64,000 bases of DNA from Vicugna vicugna (Eukaryota). Below, piece after piece: positions 51,486 through 63,262 of this stretch. Position 1 is the first letter of the stretch, and each line of letters starts with the position of its first letter. Where the stretch lies: NCBI GenBank assembly GCA_013265495.1, contig MU057640.1, positions 310,001-374,000 of the forward strand, written 5' to 3'. The position numbers and the translations under genes are program-made. Under the pieces are notes generated by a model. That model did no database searches. It was not told where the DNA came from and saw only the letters and a program-made list of their open reading frames with translations.

Positions 51486-53108
51486 AAAATTTCAGTTTAC
51501 AAGAGTAATATATAAAAATCAGTAGTATTTCTATATACTAGCAAAGAACAATCTGAAAATGAAATTAAATACATTTACAACAGCATCAAACAGAATAAAG
51601 TACTAGGAATAAACTTAACAAATAAGTGCATAACTTGTACACTGAAAACTATAAGACACTGTTGAAAGAGATTAAAGAGGATCTAAGTAAATGGGAAGAC
51701 ATCCATATCATGGACTGGAAGAAATAAGATGGTCTCCAAACTGGTATAGTTTTAATGCAATCACTATCAAAACGACAAACTGATTTTGAAATTCATAGGG
51801 AAATGGCAAGGGAAGCAGAATAGTTAAAACAGTCTTGAATAAAAAGCGAAGTTGGAGGACTCACATTTCCCAATTTCAATGCTGCAGTAATCAAGACAAT
51901 GTGGTACTGGCAAAAGGAGAAAAATATAGATCAATGGAGTAGAATAGAGGGTCCAGGTTAATAAACCCACGTATCTATATGCCAACTGATTTTGACAAAG
52001 GTGCCAAAACCTTTCAGTGGAGGAAAGAAGAATCTTTTCAACTGCTGGGACAACTGGATATTCACCTGCAAAAGAATGAATCTGGATCCCTACTTCACAT
52101 CACATATAAAAATTAACTCAAATGGATCTAAGTTCTAAGACTATTAAACTTTTAGAAGAAAAAGGTGTAAATCACCACAAACTTGGATTAAGCAATGGTT
52201 TCTTAAATATGATACCCAAAGCACAAGGAAAAAATAGATTAACTAACTAGACTTCAAAATTAAAAACTTTTGTGAAAAGAATACTTTCAAGGAAGTGAAG
52301 ACAATTCACAGAATGGAATAAAATATTCCTAAATCCTGTATTTGATAAGGATCTAGTATCCAGAATATATAAACAATTCAACAAGAAAAATAACTCAATT
52401 AAAAAATAAGGAAAAAATTTGAAGACATTTCTTCAGAAATATACAAATCGCTATAGAACATGAAAAGATGCTTAATATTGTTAGTCATTAGGTAGATGCA
52501 AATCAAAACCACAATGAGATACCACTACTTATCTACCAGGATGGCTATAAAACAGATAACAAGTACTGGTGAGGATGCAGAGAAATTTGAACTCTCATAC
52601 ACTGCTGGTGGGAATGTAAAATGCTGCAGCCACTTCGGAAAACAGCTTGGCAGCTCCTTACAAGGTTCACTATAGAGTTACCGTATGACCTAGCAAAACC
52701 CAGCAGAAACGAAAACATATGACCATACAAAAATTTGGACAGTATCGTTCACAGCAGTATTATTCATAATTGCCCCAAAGTGTAAACAATCCAAATCTCC
52801 ATCAACCAATGAACTGATAAAACAAAATGTGGCACATTCATACAACAGAATATTATTCAGCCATAAAAAGAATGTAGTACTGACAACATACTACAATGTG
52901 GATGAACCTTGAAAACACTATACTAAGTGAAAGAAGTGGGACACAAAAGGCCACATACTGTATGATTTAACGTATATGAAATCTCCAGAACAGGCAAACC
53001 TAGAGAGAGTGTGAGAGAAGTGGTTTCTAAGGGATAGAGGAAGAAAAGAAGGTAGATACAAAAAAAAAAAGGAGGTAGAGAGTGGGAAGTGACTAATTGG
53101 TACAAAGG
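50715..53108 (+). mobile_element. Old L1 (L1MA/MB-like) ORF2 3' part plus 3' UTR, left portion
   Basis: Typical L1 motifs (gaaaaagcatt..gacaaaatccag, caaatcaaaaccacaatgagataccac, gctggtgggaatgtaaaat); decayed; interrupted by a SINE. Confidence 0.85.
51203..51318 (+). mobile_element. tRNA-derived SINE nested in L1
   Basis: TSD cactgtactgga at 51191-51202 and 51319-51330; gctcagtg..gggttcaatcc A and B boxes. Confidence 0.85.
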
Positions 53109-53109
53109 T

Positions 53110-55032
53110 CCACTTCTTCTTTTTTTTTTTTAAGCTTTTTTGAAGTCTTTTTTTCTATTTTGAATATGCTTTTTTCCGTTATCCCAAATGAGTTGATAAA
53201 GGCTCTGATTAAACTGTTTTATGTTTTCAGGAATAAGAGTGACTTTTATTATGTAGTTAGTAGCTTGGAAAATTTTTATACAATTTTAAATGATTTATGA
53301 TGTTCCATGTGTTCTTGTTTACATTTCCCTAAGCATCATTCTACCAAATTCCTAGTTTCCAAAAGCTGTAGTACCATACATAATATTTTAGTATGATAGT
53401 AGTTTTGTTTTAAAACTAGAATCAGGTTGATGTGACTTTAAAATTTATGCTTTGCCCATTTGTAAAACACTGAGATATTCACGTCACATTTCCTTTATTG
53501 TTTGACTATACACTTGTTGAAAGGTAAATTTACAGATCAAATGATGAAGCTTCATGTTTCAGTAAAAAAACTTTTGTCTTTTTACTTAAAGATTCATGGA
53601 ATAGAATTTATACTTAAGCAGAATGACTACACAGAATCTTTTTCTGGAGTCAACTTAAAAGCAAAGTGGAACTGGTAGATCTTTTGGTTTTTGTTATTGA
53701 CTTACTATATAGGACTCCCAACCAGGTATAGAGCATTAATATGAAATACTGAGAAATCCATAATCTTTAAAAAAAGGTGGGGGACGAAGTATACAAAAAG
53801 ATCACATTACCACTAAGAGGCTGAAATGACTGGATTTGTAGTATTTTTTAAAACCTTCATTTTGGGTCAGCATAAATATCCTTTAATTTTTTTTTTCCCT
53901 ATTTTCAGAAGCATTCCATTGAGGTTTAACATAGCAAGCCAATATAAAGTTCTACAATTCAGCAATCCTGAATTTTGAGTCATATTAAGATGAAAATGGA
54001 AGTCAGAACTTAGGAAAATTTTCATCTGTTACGTCTAATTCATCTTCTGCTTGTTGATCCTCTCTTAGAAAGGTGGACACCTTTCCTGTTCCAGATAGAC
54101 ACTTAGCTGACAGAAAGCTCTGAAAAGGCAACTGTGAATTTGCTCTTACAGTATCTAAATGAGATGGATAATTTGGTAGACACCTAGAGCTTCTGAAAAC
54201 CTAGCTATCTGCTCATCAATCTTTTGTATATGTTGGTAGGAGGCAATGTATACCTCTAAAGCTTTGCTGTGGAAAAGCATTTCAATAGTGCTAAATTCTG
54301 AAAACATAATGTTTGTATCACTTGCTTTCTGCTTTTCAAAACTGCCAAGTTTCCTCCAGATGAGAGCTGTTTGCATGGCATCCACCGTGGCTCTCTGTAA
54401 CTGGCTTCGCCCTGAAATGCGCGTCCAGCAGATAGATGGGCGTGCTGATTTGCCCTTTTTACTTAAGAGAGCTGCTTAGCTTCTCCATTCCTTGTTACTG
54501 ATGTTGCCGTGGGGTTATCTTGTTTCGTTTTTACAACGGTTGCTTTGGCTGCACGTCTCTCAACTGCGGCGTGTCCGTTACCCTGAAGTTCTGCAAACTC
54601 CTGAGCGATGTTTCCAGCCTGGCTTCAAATGTGGGGTCTCTGTGACGCCTACTCAAGGCTCTCACTCACCGGAAGGTCGGCCTTGCCTCCCAGTCTGGTA
54701 GTTTTCCGCGCTCCAGAATGCTTCCGTTCGAGCGGCCCCCATTCCGGTGGCGCTTCCTGCCCCGCCCCCCAGCCGCCATTCCGGGCCACACAGGCCCGAC
54801 CCCGCGGCCTCAGGCTGGTGGCGTGGCAGGCGGCCTCCCTCGGCCTCGGCCCGAGGTGGGCCCGGAACTCGGCGGGCGGTCTGGGCTCCAGCCCACGGCC
54901 GAAATTCAACGTCGGGGCCAGGCTCCACTCACCCCACGTCGCAGCCGGCCCTCAACGTCCCACAGAGCACATGGCCGGGGCCCTCAGCGGGAGCCCAACT
55001 CCACTGCTCAGAGCTGCCTGGGCCGCGCTGGG
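53110..55032 (-). pseudogene. CIBAR1: Processed pseudogene of CIBAR1/FAM92A (BAR-domain ciliary protein); intronless, with 3' UTR and poly(A) remnant, disrupted by stops and frameshifts
   Basis: Minus-strand pieces RKTTRLGGKADLPVSE, FSEFSTIEMLFHSKALEVYIASYQHIQKIDE and DQQAEDELDVTDENF match recalled FAM92A ([59 protein letters not shown]); no introns; T-run at 53120-53131; TAG at 54651-54649. Confidence 0.9.
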
Positions 55033-55180
55033 GCCACAGGGTTTCTTTTCGCAGAGATGAAAATGTTCTGGAATAAGACAGCGATGACGGTCGCACGACC
55101 CTGCCAACATACTACAAAACCCGCCCAACCGTACCCCGTAAAACGGCGAATTTTATGGGTTGTGAATTGTATTTTACTAC
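55033..55180 (+). mobile_element. Right-hand continuation of the same L1 3' end, separated by the retrocopy
   Basis: acagggtttcttt..gatgaaaatgttctggaa..aattttatgg..tgtgaatt continues where the 53108 piece stops; aligns with the reverse complement of 1711-1820. Confidence 0.8.
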
Positions 55181-55689
55181 AGCAGTGCTATATTTATAAG
55201 TGAGAAGCATCCTAAGTATCCAGCGACAGGTGAGTTAGGGTTGCAGACACCAGCGTCTGGAAAACGCAAACGCCACCGGTTCGTAAAGCTGAACACGAAA
55301 TGGCCTCTACGGGGAGCCCGCCGTGCCCACCCCAGCCGGCACTGTAACTGCCTCACAAACGGAAGCCGCGACCGTGCCCAGGACAGAGTGGTGGAAAAGG
55401 AGTTCCATCCCTGCTGGTCTGGCCTCAGGACTTATGACCCTCAGGACACCACCTCAACTACAATTCCCACTGCCCTTGAAAGCTAGAGTTGGAGGCTTTG
55501 GAATGTTGCCCGTTTCGTCCAGGAAGTTGTCGCCTCAGTCTTCTTTCCTACTGGCTGTCTGAGTCACAGGACAGCTCTGCAGACCACCTCACGCCCGTCC
55601 AGGGAAAGGGGGTGTCACGGTTTCCGAGGTCAACTGGGGAGACGACGGGGCCTGCTAGACATCGCGAGTGCCAGCATGGAAGGGTGGCT

Positions 55690-55920
55690 TTGTCGCTAAT
55701 GTCACAATTCGGAAAGCTTGGATTCAAGCCGCGATTCCAGCGCTTACTAGTTGGTGAGTTACCTCGGGCAAGTGACCACTTCACCGGGGCTCCTTAAGCG
55801 TCCGACAAAGGTACTACCGCCTAACTCCCAGGGCTGGTGTGCGGAGAGCGAGGTTAATGCCCGTAAAGCAGTCAACAGCGCCCAGCACTCAGTAAGCGCT
55901 CAGTACGCGTTACCTGTTAG
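55690..55920 (+). mobile_element. MIR inside the CpG island
   Basis: ttggattcaag..cttactag..tgagttacctcgggcaagt..gtaaagca..cagcactcagtaagcgctca. Confidence 0.65.
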
Positions 55921-56338
55921 GCTGACCTGTGTGAAAAAAGTCAACCACAACCTGAACTTTCAGGTAAACCGCCCCCGAGGGCCCGTAGTCCAGCCACTGG
56001 CAGCTGTTGGGTGGCATCTTCACATCAGGGTTTAGAAAAACGTTCCTTCGGGTCAGACACGGAGCGGCGACACTCGCGGTCCCCCTCCCCCGTCTCCACG
56101 GCTGCAGAGCCGACAGGAAGAGCCGGCTCCGCGCGCTCGCGGATCCCACACAGCCGGAGCTCGCCGGCCCAGCCCCCAACCCACGCCACGGTCAGGCCGG
56201 CGATCCACGTGCTCGACTCCTCCCCGCCCCCTTCTCAGGCCTTCCTCCCAATCCCCTCTCCGGTCCCGAGCTTTGCGGGGCGCGCAGCAGCCGCCTCCAG
56301 ACCGACCCCAACTGTCACTCCTGATAGCGCAGACTTAC

Positions 56339-56490
56339 TCGATCAAAAGGGTCCTTTCCGGCTTTCCCTCGGGCCCAGGGTCAGCAGGAGGAGCTGCTAG
56401 GCGTGGAAAGACCCGGAAAGACCGAGCCGTAGCGTCCGCCAGTTAGTTGCGTCCGTTCTTGTGTTACCTCAGCGGATAGGGCCATGGCGG
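56339..56490 (-). other. DCAF4: Putative DCAF4 non-coding exon 1 (5' end uncertain)
   Basis: GA|gtaagt donor at 56339/56338 just downstream of CCAAT and GC boxes in the CpG island. Confidence 0.65.
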
Positions 56491-56730
56491 CCGCCCCTTC
56501 CTTCTCATTGGATGCAGCTTCTGACAGTCTACGCCAATAGGGTGGATCTTAGGTAGGGGGCGGGGACCGGGGGCTTAGCTCCGCCCAGCTTGGCAAAAAG
56601 GCCGGGAGCCGGCGGCTGGCGAGACTGGGCTCGCCGCGTTTGGGGCGTGGCCATGCGTTTGGGGCGTGGCCACGCGCATTTTGGGGCTGGGCGGGGGCGG
56701 GCCGGGGCGGGGCTGGGCGGGGCCGGAGGC
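56490..56730 (-). promoter_or_regulatory. DCAF4 core promoter: CCAAT boxes (about 56506-56511 and 56533-56538), multiple SP/KLF GC boxes, G-run cluster
   Basis: attgg and ccaat; ggggcgggg and ggggcgtggc motifs repeated; no TATA box seen. Confidence 0.75.
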
Positions 56731-58789
56731 TGAGTTCGGACCTCAGGAGAGCCGAGGTGGCGTGTTCCTAAACCGTGGATACGACACCCGGCACCGGGTA
56801 TTTTCTCTGTCTGTGGCTGGTCGATACAGCCTGGGAAGTTCCTTTCGCCGCTCGGGGCCACTATCTTTAAAACTGAGACTTGGGAAAGAGGAAATACTGT
56901 GTTGTGGGAAGGGCGAAGGAGGCTCTGAGATGAGTGAGAGAAAAAGGAACAGGTAGTGAACTGGTGGTAATGAGTTTCGCTGTGACCTCAGGTAGCTGAG
57001 GCTGCTGACCCTTGTTCTGCATGGCTCCAAGGTGCAAAGGAACGTGCCCTGAACGTCAATCAAGAGGCCTTGGTTCTAGGTCTATTTCTGTTTTCTTCTT
57101 GCTGTGTGACCTAGGGCGAGCCTCTTCCCTTTCTGTGCCTTGATTTCTTTTACTGAAACACGGAAGTTGTTCTAACGTTCTGATGGTCTCACCAGCTCAG
57201 TTTGTTCATACAACTAACATTTCCAGAATGATCTCTGTGCTGTGCCTTTTTCAGGTGTCAGCTGACAGCCATCAGATCTGAAAGGAAAACGGAAGCTTGT
57301 GATGGGCACTTGACTAGACTGACATTTTTGTGAGGCGAGCTGAGTTGTAATAGGCCAGGCTTGATTGCTGCAGGGAGCAGGCCTGGCACACCATGTGCCC
57401 TGTTAACCCAGGCCCCTGTGAGTGGCTAGACCCATTAGAAAACAGATTGTGGGGTTTATCAGTTGTACCCATTTTAAAAGCATTTTAGTCAATAATAAGG
57501 AAGGTGGGATTTTGGCTCTCAAGAATTTTATATTAAAAACTATGGAGTGGCAAGAGGTGATGAGGATAATGAGTGAAGTGAATATAGTTGGAATAAAGGA
57601 CAGCTTCAGGAAGCTTGAGTGGCCTGGAAGAGAAAGTGGAGAGAGAAATTCTAAGCTGGACAAACAAGCTGACTGGAAGCCTGATCAAGGAATAGTGAGG
57701 CATTCGTTTTGGCTGGATAAGAGGGGAGTCTTAGAAGCAAAACTGGCAGGGTAGGATGGGTCAAATGGCAAAGGTAAAGACCTGCAGGCAGAGGGAGCCT
57801 CCGAAGGCTTGAGAGCTGGGGAGTGGCAAGACAAGAGCTTTGGGGAAGTCACCTGGGCAGCACTGTAGATGAAACTGGAGAGGAAAGATTGTGGAAGTCA
57901 GCTGGAAGCCTCCTTAGAACCTTCTTGCACCTACAGTCCTTTTGAAAGATAGGACTGAACCAGAGTGGCGGAGGCTGGGATGGAAGGAATGGGTGGAAGT
58001 GAGACATTTTAGAGGAGGGAGAATTCTGTGAGAGGAGTCAAAAGGGATTCCAACCTGCAGAGCCAGGGTCACTGGAGGAAGTTTGAAGGAGTTGGCTTGG
58101 GGTTTGCTGAGTAAATGAATGAATGGCAAACAGCTGGCCATTGGGCTCTCTTGAAAGTTCACTGAGGGAACCTGGGTATAGGCACAAGATGTGCCTTGGA
58201 GACCTGCAGCAGGCACATTGAGAAAAAAGATTAAAAAACATTTGCAAATCACAAAGGAAGCCTGGCCTTGGGCAAGTCTTTTGGCATCTGTGAACCTAAG
58301 GTTCCTCACAGGTGAAATGAGGATAATGATACCTGCTGAAGGGCCTTGTGCTAAGTAAATGCGATGACTGTAAAGCACCTCGCTGCTAGGTCTGCACTCC
58401 CACGGACTGAGCACCCTTTTTTATGAGGATGGCTTGGTATATAAATGGTGCATATTACTATCAAAGGTATAAATAATTCCTTTTTAAAATTTCCTCTCCA
58501 GAATTTGAAGCCAAGGCAAATAAGTTTTTATTTGAAATGACATCTAAAATGATAGACATTAAATTTGACTACATTAAAAAATACTTTTATAGTCCTTGTC
58601 ATGTGTCACATATTTTCTAAGCCCTTTCCATATATTTGTTTTTTTAATTACAACAACCTGTGAGGCAGGTACTGTCAATGTCAACACTTTACTGATGAAT
58701 TGAGTCCCAGACAAGTTAAGTTGCTTGAGCTGGTGAGTGGCACAGCCAAGACTCAACCCAGATAGTTTCCAGAGTTTGTGCTCTCAAGG

Positions 58790-59780
58790 CAAAAACTACT
58801 ATAAGGAAGGCAAAAGACATACTCCAATTTGGTGTTAAGTATCTACAACTCATATCACAGAAAATGCTAATATTTCTAAATTATAAAGTGCTCCTACAAA
58901 TAAACTCAATAGAAAAAGGAGCAGTCACTATACCAACCATATAGGAAAGGAAGTCAGCACGAAAGGATGCTCAGCCTTACTCAATGTAAGGAAAATGTGA
59001 CTTAAAACTCCTGACATATACTTTTTTCATAACCAGATGGGCAAAATCCAGAACTTTGCTAACATTCAGGGAGACTCTCGTGTGATTTCTAAGGGAGATA
59101 GTTTGGCACTATATCAATATTTATCAAAGTTAAAAATGCACATATTTTGACTTAGCAATTACATTGCTAGGAATTCATCCTAAAAATATATTTGCTTGTG
59201 TGCAAAATGACTTAGGTACATGGAACATTGTGTAATAGTGAAAGTTTGAAAGCCATCTTAGTGTCAATTAGTTGGAGACTAGTTAAAAAAATGATGGTAG
59301 GGGGAGGGTATTGCTCAAGTGATAAAGTGCATGCTTAGCATACAGAGTCCTGAGTTTAACCCCCAGTACCTCCTCTAAAAATAAGTAACTAAATAAACTT
59401 AATTACCCCCTCTCCTCCGCCAAAAAAAGGTAAACCTAATTACCCCCTCAAACCCCCCCAAAAAAACAAATAAAAAAGTGATGATATATTCATTAAGTGG
59501 AATATAGTGTGCTTAAAAAAAATTAGGCTATTTATATATTGATATAAAATCACCTCCAAGATAGAGTCTTGGTGAAAAAGCAATGTGAAGAACAGTATGT
59601 AAAGTATTACATAGGGTGAAAAGTGTATGTATGTATGTATATCTCCCTGGAATGATAATATCTGTTACTTCTAGGGAGGGGACCTGGGTGGTTAGGTGAC
59701 AGGGATGGGAGAGAGCTTTTTACCCCATTGTACCTTTTGAAATTTGACCAAGTGCGTATGTTACCTATTAAATATAAAAT
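58790..59780 (+). mobile_element. Old L1 (L1ME-like) 3' fragment
   Basis: aaaggatgctca, atggcaaaa, tttgac..agcaatt..ctaggaatt, tgtaccttttgaa. Confidence 0.55.
59299..59475 (+). mobile_element. tRNA-derived SINE with duplicated tail, nested in an old L1
   Basis: ggggagggtattgctcaag..ccccagtacctcc; taaac(t/c)taattaccccctc occurs twice. Confidence 0.8.
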
Positions 59781-61527
59781 TTAAATGTTAATTAAACCAA
59801 GTCCACATATTACATACAGCAACTGACTGCAGAAATTATTCATTTTAAGAGGTGACATGTAAATGTGCTGCGAAAGGAACTAGGATGCCTGTCAAATCCC
59901 ATCATGGAGATGCTAATCCAAAATGTAGTCAATACAAACGAAACATAATCAAATTAACATGCCCATTATGTGATAACTGTCTTCCCAGAACTCAGAAAAA
60001 GGATTCTTTTAATCAGAATTTGTCGATGTTTATTCAGCAGTATCCAAGGGATGTGAATGTCTTGGTCACTGGAAGTCTGGATCCAGAAAAATTCTCTAGT
60101 CCTTTCCCTAATGTGAACTAAATATCCCATAAAACTCTCCAAACCACGTAGTATAATTACTTGTTCACCAAACTGCTGATGACTGATTCAACTACTCAGG
60201 GAACATGATTCTGGGAAGGAGGGAGCCCTGAGTAGTGGGCAGGAATATTCTAGACACTAGGAAGTTATATATCCCAGTAATAATTAGTGTGTAGTATTGG
60301 TATCTATGTACTTAGGTAAACTGAAGCAGTTTCCAAGGGTCTGGTTCAAGTAACTGGTAACATCAAATGTTGAAACCCACAAAACCAGGGACGAGACTTG
60401 TGGTACTTCTAAAATATTATTCTTAGTTAACAGCCTGACCAATTTAACAATTAATAAAACACGCTTGATTCAGAAAATTTAAGACACAGAGAAGCACAAG
60501 GTAAAAAATATACCCAAATTACCTATGATAATTCCATACCTCCAAAAAACCATTTAATATTTGGATGTCTCTATTTCTAAGCATCTAATTGTTGTAGTTG
60601 TTTGTATAGTTCATTAATTCTTTCAAGAAATAGTTACCGAGCCCTTGGAATGCCATGCCTGTTCTAGGTGCTGGTGATGTAGTTGTGTTTTTTCTTTTTA
60701 ATTAATTAAAAAAAGTTCTTGAAACAATCACCAACTAATAGAAAATTCCAACTATAGTACAGAGAACTTTCATACTGGAATACTTTTAGTTACATTTTCT
60801 ACAAACAAGGGCATTCTCTTACATATCCACAATATAACCATCCAAATCAGAAAATTAACATTTCTATACCACAACCCGCTAATCCTCAGCCCCCACTCAA
60901 GTATCACCCATTGTCCCAATACTTTTCTTTATGGCAGGAGGATCAGTTCAGAATCATGTGTTGTGTTTAGTTATGTCTCTTAAGTCTCCTTCAGCCTAGA
61001 ACATTTCCTCAGTCTTTAATTTTCATAACCTTGACACCTTTGAAGATTATAGACCAGTTAATTTGTAGAATGTCCTTCAGTTTGGGTTTGTCGGATAGTT
61101 TCTGTGATTAGATTCAGACTGTATCTTCAACAGGAAAATCAGAGACGTGACACGCATTCTCATTGCATTCTATCAGGTGGCAATGATTTTGATTTGTCCC
61201 ATTTTGGATGATGTTAATTTTTCACTTCTTGATTAAGGTGATGTTAGCCAGACTTCTCCAATGTAAAATTACTCTTCCTTTTTTTTTTAATTTAAAAAAT
61301 AAACATTTAAAAAATTTTTAAATACTTATATAGACTCACTGGAAGTTGCAAAAATAGTGCAGAAAGGTCCCTGCACTTTTCACATAACTTCCCCAGTGGT
61401 AACATCCTGTATAACCATAGTACACATCACTCTTTTTGTACTATGGTTATTATTTGTGAGTCTATGTGAATATACTATTCTTTATCAAACATTCAGTTAG
61501 TTAATTTATTTAGGGACTCATGGTTTC

Positions 61528-61528
<1 letters not shown>

Positions 61529-61576
<48 letters not shown>

Positions 61577-61591
61577 ATCTATCTATCTATC
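61529..61591. repeat. (TATC)12 ATC (TATC)3 tetranucleotide microsatellite
   Basis: Directly visible. Confidence 0.95.
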
Positions 61592-62079
61592 TTGAAAACC
61601 ATGAGTTCACACCAATTCCAATTCCAGTCCATCACCACAGGGCTCATTCAAGTCTTTTCCCTTTCTATATTTGTATCTCCCTTCTCCAACAGTGAAATTC
61701 CTATTATCTTTAGTTTATTTACTTACTGATCAATTCTTCTCTATGTGGCCATACATACAGAAGTCTCTGCCACCACCCCTTCCCCAATGCAGATGCCCTC
61801 CTAATCCCACACAGGCTCTGAGAACCTGTACTGGGCCTTACTCTCCACCCCCCACAAAGAGGATGCCTTCCTCACTCCTCCTGGACTTCAACACTCCATG
61901 TGAGGGTGTGGTTTTGGAGAAATAAAATCCTTACTTTCAAGGAGCTTATATTCTATTGGTGGGGAGGGGAACAAAGAAATAAAACACAAGGTAATGGTAA
62001 GTACAATAAAAAATAAACAGGATAGTGTGATAAGAAATGAGTAGGGTGCTACTGTGGGTTGGTGATGTGTTGATTATTG

Positions 62080-62475
62080 TCTTTAAGCTCTCCCTCACCC
62101 CATCCCCATCCTTCTTTGTCCTGGTCTGTGCATATGTACAAAATACATTATGCTGGCTCCTCTGCTGCCTGCTTTCTGATTGAATTCCACCAGTAGGAGA
62201 CAGGTGGGTGGGAGGAGAGAGAATCCCTTGCCTGCTTTGGGATGTATTTTCTGGCAGTGGCCTCTCCTCTGATCCCAGATGGCCCCAGCTCTCATCAGGC
62301 TCCAGAAATTCCGTTTCCTCCCCTTGTCCCTTCAAGGTCCCTGTGGTGATAGCTTCCTGTTGTTGCTAGTTCGTGGGTGCCCCCAGTGGTCTTGTCTCTC
62401 TTTATCCTGCTTACACCTTAGTTAATAGTTCCTTCATTAAGGTCTCTTGAACCATCAAGTTGGATTCTGTTTCAG
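62080..62475 (+). mobile_element. ERVL LTR16-like solo LTR
   Basis: ccttgtcccttc..gcttcctgttgttgctag..taatagttccttcattaa. Confidence 0.6.
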
Positions 62476-62597
62476 GAAAGGCTTTGAGGAAATGACTTTG
62501 TTTAAAAATTATTGTGTACTATTTTCTCAGGTCAATACGTACTCTTATACAATATGATTTTCAAAAACTCAGTTTGATCAGTTAAAAAAGGAGAACA

Positions 62598-62745
62598 TGG
62601 GAGAAGGGTATAGCTGAGTGGTGGAGTGCACGTGTAGCATGCATGAGGTCCTGGGTTCAGTCCCCAGCAGAGCACTTCCATTAAAAAAATAAATAAATAA
62701 ACCTAATTACCTTCCCCCGCCAAAAAAAGAAAAAGAAAAAAAAAA
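62598..62745 (+). mobile_element. tRNA-derived SINE
   Basis: gggtatagctgagtggt..gggttcagtcccc; A-rich tail; aaaaaagga(g/a)aac flanks. Confidence 0.85.
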
Positions 62746-63084
62746 AAAGGAAAACGTTAGCCAGGCTTGTCTTTCTGGAATTGTGCACAGAATGGATTCC
62801 CTTCTTGTCCTGCCCCTGACCTGTGGGCTAAGAAAGTTGAGTTGTGCTTTCAAAGGGGTTGTATTTACCTTGTTGTGACTCTACCCTTCCCCTAATCCTG
62901 GGCATCCAGAGTAGCCAAGAAATGCCATTTTTGGCCTCTTGATGGTACAGAGTGTAATTTATCCATCAGGCTTCTTCCTCAGCTGTGTGTTTCTCCAGTC
63001 TCCGCCCTCCTGGGAGGGGTCTCAGCAATTAGGAGTCAGTGGAGCCCTTTCTTGGACACATATCATTGCAGGAGCGTACTTTTT

Positions 63085-63262
63085 CTTTTTTTTTTTTAAT
63101 TATTTTTATTTTAAAAATTTGGTTTATTTTGGGGGGGGAGGAGATCATTAGGTTTATTTATTTATTCATTTATTATTATTTTTAATGGAAGTACCAGAAA
63201 TTGAACCCAGGACCTCATGCATGCTAAGCATGCACTCTACCACTGAGTTGTACCCTCCCCGC
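63085..63262 (-). mobile_element. tRNA-derived SINE
   Basis: TSD caggagc(g/c)tacttttt at about 63069 and 63263. Confidence 0.85.

Larger units (their letters stand above)
54400..56860. promoter_or_regulatory. Extended CpG island over the DCAF4 5' end and the retrocopy head
   Basis: Dense CpG and high GC compared with the AT-rich, CpG-poor flanks. Confidence 0.85.

Noticed and set aside
54155..54385. 76-aa ORF with FAM92A similarity as a functional retrogene
   Set aside because: Flanked by frameshifts and stops; only a fragment of the BAR domain
54608..55203. Several overlapping plus-strand ORFs of 100-160 aa
   Set aside because: Expected from stop-codon scarcity in a CpG island
59852..60121. 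89-aa Cys-containing ORF (CKC...CPLCDNC)
   Set aside because: GTG start, no convincing splice sites or family match; the non-repeat sequence may be regulatory but I cannot support that
62598..62670. tRNA-like sequences with A and B boxes (also about 7 other copies)
   Set aside because: SINE heads with A-rich tails and TSDs, not tRNA genes
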